From a virus, in IMG/VR virus record IMGVR_UViG_3300025400_000011, positions 1-64,000 of that record: a stretch of 64,000 bases of DNA, one strand, 5' to 3'. Position numbers and translations under genes: made by a program. Below, one piece after another: positions 57,829-64,000 of the stretch. The first letter of the stretch is position 1. Each line of letters opens with the position of its first letter. Under the pieces are notes generated by a model. It worked only from the letters and a program-made list of their open reading frames with translations, was not told where the DNA came from and ran no database searches.

Positions 57829-60800
57829 ATGCCACTTAAAATTACAGATTTACCGCAAGTACCAGCCGGCACAATATCCCAAAACATTTCTATTCCTGTT
57901 TCCCAAAGTGAAACAGATCCAAAGACTTATAAAATGTCTTTAGCTCAGACCGTTGCTTGGTTACAGACCCAGGGCATTGGTGCAGGTGGTACCGGGCCAC
58001 GTGGCCCTACAGGTCCTATTGGCCCAACAGGTCCTATTGGCCCAACAGGTGGTATTGGACCAACAGGCCCACAGGGTATTCCTGGTTCATCAGGTTATTC
58101 TGGGTTTGGTGGTAACTCAGGCTTTTCTGGTTTTATTGGTTCATCAGGTTTCTCAGGCTTTCAAGGGGATTCAGGGTTTTCAGGTTTCCATGGTTCATCA
58201 GGTTATTCTGGTGTAAGTGGTCCTTCAGGTTTTTCTGGTTCTGCTGGTTCAAATACCGGTTTACCTGGTCCTGGTCTAGTATATACCGGTTATTATAGAG
58301 GTAATAACTATACATATTATAACTCTAACGATCGTAAAGACGTGGTCAGTTATTCTGGTGGTGGTGGTTTAGCTTATTATATCGCTAATAGTGAAACTTT
58401 AAGTAGTACTGGTTATACCGGCTACACAGGATGGCCAGCACCTGGTACAACAAGTGACTGGGCTTCATTCCAAGAAAACTTTCAAAGTGTAGCTACAGAC
58501 TTATTATTAACTAATGACGTAGCAGTAGAAAAGGTTATTACATTAGGTACAGTTGGTAACCTTTCTGCAGGTATTATACGTTCAGTAAATACCGATTGGG
58601 TAGGTACTGAAAATAGTAAAGGTTTTTGGTTAGGTAACGACGTTGATGGTTATCCAAAGTTTTTCATTGGTGATTATTCTCCGGGCGGTAGTTACCTAAT
58701 ATATGACGGTTCCCCTATAGACGGTTTTACAAATGGTACTATCATATTATCTGGTACTATATTAGCAGATCAAGGTCGTATCGGTGGTGTGGGTATTGCT
58801 AAAGGCCAGCTATATACTGGTAACCCTGGTACAGCTGGCTCTATTACAACTCCGTTCTATGTTAACGGTACCTCAGATGATGGCATGACTGACCGTACTT
58901 ATGCAGCAATGGGTAATGCTCTTAAGTTTTACCGACACAACGGTATTAATTATTTTAATCTCTCTGGTGGTATAACAGCCACTTATGGTTCTATAGGCGG
59001 GGTAGGTATTGCACTAGATAGAATTTATACTGGTAATCCTGAAACAGCTGGTTCCATTACAACCCCGTTCTATATAAATGGTAGTGCTGATCCAGGTGGT
59101 AATACAAATCGTACCTATATGACTATGGGAGATACGTTTAAGTATTACAGAGTAGCTGGTGATTCATCTAATAGTTATACCCCTATCAACTATATGTGGT
59201 TGTCTGGTGGTATTACTGCTACGTACGGCTCTATAGGCGGGGTAGGCATTGATACTGATCACATTTATACAGGTCGCCCTGATACTGCTGGAACAATAAC
59301 AACACCTCTCTTTATTAACGGTAACAATTCTGCAGTAGACGGTTCTAATACTGGTCAAGCTATAATGTACTTGGGAGATTCTTTTAAATACTATAAACAA
59401 GCTGGTGTTTCTTCTCCTACTTATAACTTACTATTAGGTAGTACAGGTTTACAAGCTGATTACACTTTGAGTTCTACAGGAGATTACCTCTGGTGGAATG
59501 GTAGTACTTTAAAATTAAAAGGTAGTATTGAAGTTACAGGAGACTCTAACTTTGCTACGACAGGTCAAGTACAAGCAGCTTCAGCAGCTGCATACTCACA
59601 ATCAATCTCATATGCAGATAAAATTGCAAACGGCACTTATCCAGGTAGTACATTTATTTCACAAAACTCTATCATATCACCGATTATCGCTGGTGTAGAT
59701 GGTTATTTTAACAGCTACTTTAAAGTAGGTTCTGGTGGTATAGTGTTAGACGGTAATAATAAACGTATGTATATCGGCAACGGTAACTACGGTAACACTG
59801 ATACAGGGTTTTATGCAAGTTACTCTGGTTGGTTCTCATTAGCTGATAAACTTACATATAACCCTTCTACAGGGCTAGCTATTACTGGTGCTATTACAGT
59901 ACAACCAGGTGGTAATGCGGCTACAGTTGCTAATGTAACAGATGCTTATAATAATGCTTCTGGTGTTGCTGATGCTGTAGCAAGAGGTAACTACACAGGT
60001 GCAGGTACTTCATTTATTAGCGGTAAGTCTATATTCTCTCCTTATATTGCAGGTGCAAGTGGTTATATTGGTGGTACCTTCACAGTAGGTCAAGCTCCTA
60101 ATCACATTTTATTTGACGGTATTAATAAAAAGATGTATATCGGTAATGGTAACTATGCTAATGGAGATACACCTTTCTATGCTGATGGTACTGGTCAGTT
60201 CTCCTTAGGTGCAAGGTTTACTTGGGATACATCTAGTAACTTAACAGTGGGTAACTATATTGGTAATAAATACCTACAATATAACTACGGTAGCAATACA
60301 CTAATACTTAAAGGTGCAGAGTCAGCTGATGGTATTACTATTACATCAAATCAGGGCATGAGGTATGTAAACGATAATGGGGTATTTACTATTACTGGTG
60401 GTTCAGCAAACGGTGTAAATCATGGTGCACAAATCGACTTTGTTGGTACTGGTGGTGCTGGTGCAGGTAGTTACGGTTTATTAAGCTTAAATGCTGGCTG
60501 GCCAGATTCTAATACCAGTGACGGTCGTATACGTTTTGGTGTAGGTAATGCAGGCACTAACGGTTATGGCGAAGGTTTAAACTATGAAGCATTTACTATA
60601 TGGAAAGACGGTTTAGTAGAAGTTGGTAGAGATGGTAGTTTAGCAAATAGCGGTAATTTACAAGTAGACAACGATATACATGTACATGGTTATATATATG
60701 CTACTAAGAGTGCACAGTTCTATCAAAACGTTGCTGTGAATGGTCAAGTAGCTGTTTATAACAACGCAGATTATACTATACAAACCGGTACAGGAAATCT

Positions 60801-61173
60801 TACTTCTGGTGGTACAGTTAACTTCCAAGTAGATTATAACGGTAATGTTAACGCAACAAGCTTTAACCCTACCTCTACAAGAAAAGTTAAAAACAACATA
60901 CGCCCTTTAAGTACATTTATTTCTAATCCTTTAAATACTCTTTCAAAACTTGAAGGTATCGTATATGATAGTAGCTTGTTCCCTAAGGTAACTAATCAAA
61001 TAGGTTATATTGCTGAAGATGTATATCAAGTTATACCTGAAATCGTGCAGTTAGATGAAAACAACGAACCTAAAGCACTAGATTATTCTCGTATTACAGT
61101 TGTATTAGTAGAAGCTATTAAACAACTTAACGACAAGATTACATCCTTACAAAACACTATTAACTCCAAGTAA
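57829..61173 (+). CDS. Tail fibre with collagen stretch, internal repeats and S74-type chaperone
   Basis: KITDLP N-terminus, GPTGPI collagen, three IGGVGI....YTG.P.TAG.ITTP..NG repeats and TSTRKVKNNI..IGYIAEDV..LDYSRITVVLVEAIK. Confidence 0.8.
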   Translation: MPLKITDLPQVPAGTISQNISIPVSQSETDPKTYKMSLAQTVAWLQTQGIGAGGTGPRGPTGPIGPTGPIGPTGGIGPTGPQGIPGSSGYSGFGGNSGFSGFIGSSGFSGFQGDSGFSGFHGSSGYSGVSGPSGFSGSAGSNTGLPGPGLVYTGYYRGNNYTYYNSNDRKDVVSYSGGGGLAYYIANSETLSSTGYTGYTGWPAPGTTSDWASFQENFQSVATDLLLTNDVAVEKVITLGTVGNLSAGIIRSVNTDWVGTENSKGFWLGNDVDGYPKFFIGDYSPGGSYLIYDGSPIDGFTNGTIILSGTILADQGRIGGVGIAKGQLYTGNPGTAGSITTPFYVNGTSDDGMTDRTYAAMGNALKFYRHNGINYFNLSGGITATYGSIGGVGIALDRIYTGNPETAGSITTPFYINGSADPGGNTNRTYMTMGDTFKYYRVAGDSSNSYTPINYMWLSGGITATYGSIGGVGIDTDHIYTGRPDTAGTITTPLFINGNNSAVDGSNTGQAIMYLGDSFKYYKQAGVSSPTYNLLLGSTGLQADYTLSSTGDYLWWNGSTLKLKGSIEVTGDSNFATTGQVQAASAAAYSQSISYADKIANGTYPGSTFISQNSIISPIIAGVDGYFNSYFKVGSGGIVLDGNNKRMYIGNGNYGNTDTGFYASYSGWFSLADKLTYNPSTGLAITGAITVQPGGNAATVANVTDAYNNASGVADAVARGNYTGAGTSFISGKSIFSPYIAGASGYIGGTFTVGQAPNHILFDGINKKMYIGNGNYANGDTPFYADGTGQFSLGARFTWDTSSNLTVGNYIGNKYLQYNYGSNTLILKGAESADGITITSNQGMRYVNDNGVFTITGGSANGVNHGAQIDFVGTGGAGAGSYGLLSLNAGWPDSNTSDGRIRFGVGNAGTNGYGEGLNYEAFTIWKDGLVEVGRDGSLANSGNLQVDNDIHVHGYIYATKSAQFYQNVAVNGQVAVYNNADYTIQTGTGNLTSGGTVNFQVDYNGNVNATSFNPTSTRKVKNNIRPLSTFISNPLNTLSKLEGIVYDSSLFPKVTNQIGYIAEDVYQVIPEIVQLDENNEPKALDYSRITVVLVEAIKQLNDKITSLQNTINSK

Positions 61174-61224
61174 TATCCAGGTAAAATAGGTAGTATAACT
61201 AATCTTCACTACTAAATATTTTAT

Positions 61225-64000
61225 ATGGCGATTGTTAGTACCTACCCAGTTAGCTTAACCTACAAATACGGAGTTAATGTAGGTACTCCAAACTCTTCAT
61301 ATACAACAAATGACGGAGTTACATTCGCGTTTAATCCGTTACTATCTGGAGCTAAAGATGTTACTTTAAATCAAAGTACGGTAAGTGTATTAACAAATAA
61401 CTTTGCACTTTCGGATTGTTTAAGTTCTGAACCTTATTTAAGTAATTTACAATATACAACTCAATCAGTTTTAAGCATTGGTAGTTATTACTTGTCTGCT
61501 TCTACAGCTGTTAATAGTAAAATACAGTTTATCACTGATTCTACTAAAGCTACCTTATTTACATTAAACTTTAATACAGTACTTAATACTGTTTCTTTCT
61601 CTTATTCGAACTTGTTTGTTACCTGGGTTGATGGTGATAGCTATATTAGAATGGCAGCACCGGTTAATGACAACTCTCAGTACTTTACATATAACCTATA
61701 CAAAAATAATATAAGCCTGTTTGTTGATGCACCAGGAGACTCTAGAGACGGTTATGTCTTATGTAATGTAGATAGCACTTATTTAGAAGTAGCCGTATTT
61801 GCTGGTTTTAACAATACTATCAATGTTTTTACAATAAACCGTTTATCTGAACCGTCATACAAGTCTTTAGGTAACTCTAGTAACATAAAATATGTAAGTG
61901 CTCCCAATAGTATCAATGTAGCAGCAACTACATCTGCATTAAAGTATAACTATCTATTAACAGCACCTTATACTAATGTTGATCCTACCACTAATGAACT
62001 AGGATACAATATAACCCCTCTTAAAAACTATTATTCACCTCAGCACATACAGACTCCTGTATTAAGCGCACAATCTCGTTCATATAATAAGATTTTTACA
62101 GGTTTAAACACTGAAGATGGTTACGAAAAGATTTATTTGAGTTATTTAGGTAATGAAGTAGCTCAAACATTTTATAAAGATACAGACACCTATTTTCACT
62201 ACCCTGTCAGCGCTGTAAACATTGCTTTATCAGCGAGCACATTAGCTGCAGCAGGTGCTTATGCAAGTTCGTCACCTTGGCGTTCAGATCGTTTATTTGT
62301 AAAGCGTGCCGACTACAGAAAATACACCCCTTGGGGCAATGTTAACGGTTCTCCGCAAAATGGAGTGCTATTCTGTTCTTGGTTATGGTTATCTTCTGGT
62401 GCAGGTACTGCTACTACTCCAGTATGGGTAGATAGGTACTTTGATCCAACTAAAATCAGCACTACAGCGGTGTTAAACACAAATGGTGCTGGTCCAAGCA
62501 ATAATAACTATCCAGACGTCGTGTGGGACACTATTTCAACACAAGTACTAAGTGGTGAAAGTTTATATGTTTATCATAGAATAGGAAATAATGATAATCA
62601 GCTAGTGGTAGACACACTATCTAGTAACTTAACACATTATATACAAGAATGGGCTAACCCGCTTGTCAATGCAGCTACAGGTCTGAGTGCAGGGTATGTA
62701 AACAACTTTTCTGCAAGTGCTTCTGTAACAACTTATCAAAACACAAGAGAACCTGCACTTAATACAGGTACAAGTTTTGCGGTAATGAGCATGGACAATA
62801 ATGACTTTTATTCTCCAGGCATTACATTAGCGTTCCAGGCTTACAATAATGATTGGGCTGCTATAAGAGGGGATCAGATAGTAGGTAACTATTATAATGG
62901 TGGTATTGGGTTCTTTAAGTATAACCCACTATTAACTCCTTTTGTAACTATATTAGGTAATAACTTACAGACATATAATACTAATATTGTTAGTTTAGCA
63001 AATACTTCCACTGCACCAGCAAGTGGTAATAACTTTGCATTAAAGAGTAGCTACGATGAGAGCTATTTTATAGTAGATGTATACTTTAATGTATATGAGT
63101 ACGATCAGGACGGTGTAAAACTCAATCAATACAACTTAAATGATGGTGGTGCTACAGTTAGCGGGGTTCTATTAGGTGCTCACTTAGTAAACTTTAGTAG
63201 TGTACGCCGTATAATGGTATTTACAAAGATCGGTACCGCAGTACACTGGTACATGTTTGATACTATTAATAATGCTTTATTGCTTTATCAAGGCAGTCAA
63301 GCTGGTGTTAATAACTATGCTTTAGATATAGAATGTAATCCTTATTTCTATACCGGTACAGGTAATAGTACTGTTGATAATAATGACATTATATTCCATT
63401 TACAAAACGACGTACTTGTAAAGGGTCTCAACACAAGCTCTCCACAATATATACTTTCTGCTTATAAAGCTGAGTATATTGCATGTGACCATGAAAATAA
63501 TATTTGGTTATTATATGCTGATAACAACTTATGTAAGTTAGATAACTATGGTAGACTACTATGGGATATTAGTTTAACAAACAGTCAAGCATTTACCGAT
63601 GATAAGGGTAATCTAAGAAACTCTAAACGTATTATTAACTTTACAGCCGAGCTTGACTCAAATAGTAATAAAATGCTTTACTACGGATTAGTAATCGACG
63701 GCAGAACACAGAGTGTTATTAAAGTAGAGCCATTAAGCGGTGGTATTGTAATAAACAATCAACTAACACCTGCTACATATTACAGTTTAAGTTCATCTCC
63801 ATTAAACATACAACCAGCAGGAGATTGTACTGGTTATGATTACCAGCGCAAGTATGTTTACGATGCTGAAAATACTCCAAACATTGTAAGAGTAAAAGCT
63901 TTCATTAAAAACATATCAACTCTTGAAGCCCTTGATGTTATTACACTAGATTATGATGTATCTAATCTAACGCCTGGTTGGCACCATTTTGCAGTTACTA
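61225..64000 (+). CDS. 3'-truncated large virion protein reaching a LamG/ConA-like domain (absent from ORF track)
   Basis: ATG 61225 lies 6 nt after TAAATA (61213-61218). The start reads MAIVSTYPVS and the same frame ends LTPGWHHFAVT, a LamG signature. Intervening codons were only spot-checked. Confidence 0.75.
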   Translation, partial: MAIVSTYPVSLTYKYGVNVGTPNSSYTTNDGVTFAFNPLLSGAKDVTLNQSTVSVLTNNFALSDCLSSEPYLSNLQYTTQSVLSIGSYYLSASTAVNSKIQFITDSTKATLFTLNFNTVLNTVSFSYSNLFVTWVDGDSYIRMAAPVNDNSQYFTYNLYKNNISLFVDAPGDSRDGYVLCNVDSTYLEVAVFAGFNNTINVFTINRLSEPSYKSLGNSSNIKYVSAPNSINVAATTSALKYNYLLTAPYTNVDPTTNELGYNITPLKNYYSPQHIQTPVLSAQSRSYNKIFTGLNTEDGYEKIYLSYLGNEVAQTFYKDTDTYFHYPVSAVNIALSASTLAAAGAYASSSPWRSDRLFVKRADYRKYTPWGNVNGSPQNGVLFCSWLWLSSGAGTATTPVWVDRYFDPTKISTTAVLNTNGAGPSNNNYPDVVWDTISTQVLSGESLYVYHRIGNNDNQLVVDTLSSNLTHYIQEWANPLVNAATGLSAGYVNNFSASASVTTYQNTREPALNTGTSFAVMSMDNNDFYSPGITLAFQAYNNDWAAIRGDQIVGNYYNGGIGFFKYNPLLTPFVTILGNNLQTYNTNIVSLANTSTAPASGNNFALKSSYDESYFIVDVYFNVYEYDQDGVKLNQYNLNDGGATVSGVLLGAHLVNFSSVRRIMVFTKIGTAVHWYMFDTINNALLLYQGSQAGVNNYALDIECNPYFYTGTGNSTVDNNDIIFHLQNDVLVKGLNTSSPQYILSAYKAEYIACDHENNIWLLYADNNLCKLDNYGRLLWDISLTNSQAFTDDKGNLRNSKRIINFTAELDSNSNKMLYYGLVIDGRTQSVIKVEPLSGGIVINNQLTPATYYSLSSSPLNIQPAGDCTGYDYQRKYVYDAENTPNIVRVKAFIKNISTLEALDVITLDYDVSNLTPGWHHFAVT

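Larger units (their letters stand above)
24394..61218 (+). promoter_or_regulatory. Series of TAA[A/G]TA late-promoter-like motifs on the plus strand
   Basis: At 24394-99, 27275-80, 39450-55, 41560-65, 48132-37 and 61213-18 (5-6 nt to ATG), and at 28291-96, 46819-24 and 57814-19 (longer gap). Confidence 0.7.

Noticed and set aside
29595-58216. Many V/L/A/Q-rich plus-strand ORFs overlapping the fibre genes (e.g. 29595, 33262, 34435, 49625, 52580)
   Set aside because: These are shifted-frame shadows of the 9-nt periodic repeat, with no start signals and frequent interruptions. No slippery site was seen to support programmed frameshifting.
1-64000. Stop-codon reassignment (alternative genetic code)
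   Set aside because: Genes are full-length and densely packed under the standard code. TAA, TGA and TAG all end genes at sensible junctions.
1-64000. tRNA, rRNA, intron, intein or transposase
   Set aside because: None recognised. Intergenic gaps are mostly too short, and terL and the sheath gene appear uninterrupted. A covariance-model scan was not possible.

Overview
AT-rich 64-kb fragment of a large T4-like (contractile-tailed) dsDNA phage genome, standard genetic code. 1-6.1 kb: accessory genes (GT10-like protein, signal-peptide outer-membrane beta-barrel, GDP-mannose-3,5-epimerase-like NDP-sugar epimerase, SGNH-like, SDR, radical SAM). 6.1-22 kb (minus strand): tail/baseplate module with gp5-like spike, hub, gp53, gp48-like, tape-measure-like, two gp26-like, four tandem tube-fold paralogues, sheath and gp3-like genes. 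22-28 kb: nucleotidyltransferase, large terminase, acidic head-type protein and gp14-like neck. 28-64 kb (plus strand): seven fibre proteins with Gly-X-Y tracts, four of them with very long Gly-[F/Y/I/T/W]-[S/T] tracts almost devoid of Pro. A compact cassette sits among them: two kelch-like propellers, two helical proteins, a U32 (Fe-S hydroxylase family)-methyltransferase fusion and a DUF401-like transporter. Most notable observations: (1) the aromatic Gly-X-Ser fibres, with mirror-positioned Gly->Ser interruptions suggesting a fold-back architecture; (2) the U32+methyltransferase cassette; (3) a TAA[A/G]TA late-promoter motif 5-6 nt before many ATGs, implying leaderless late mRNAs. All family calls come from motif recognition by eye; no database searches were run.
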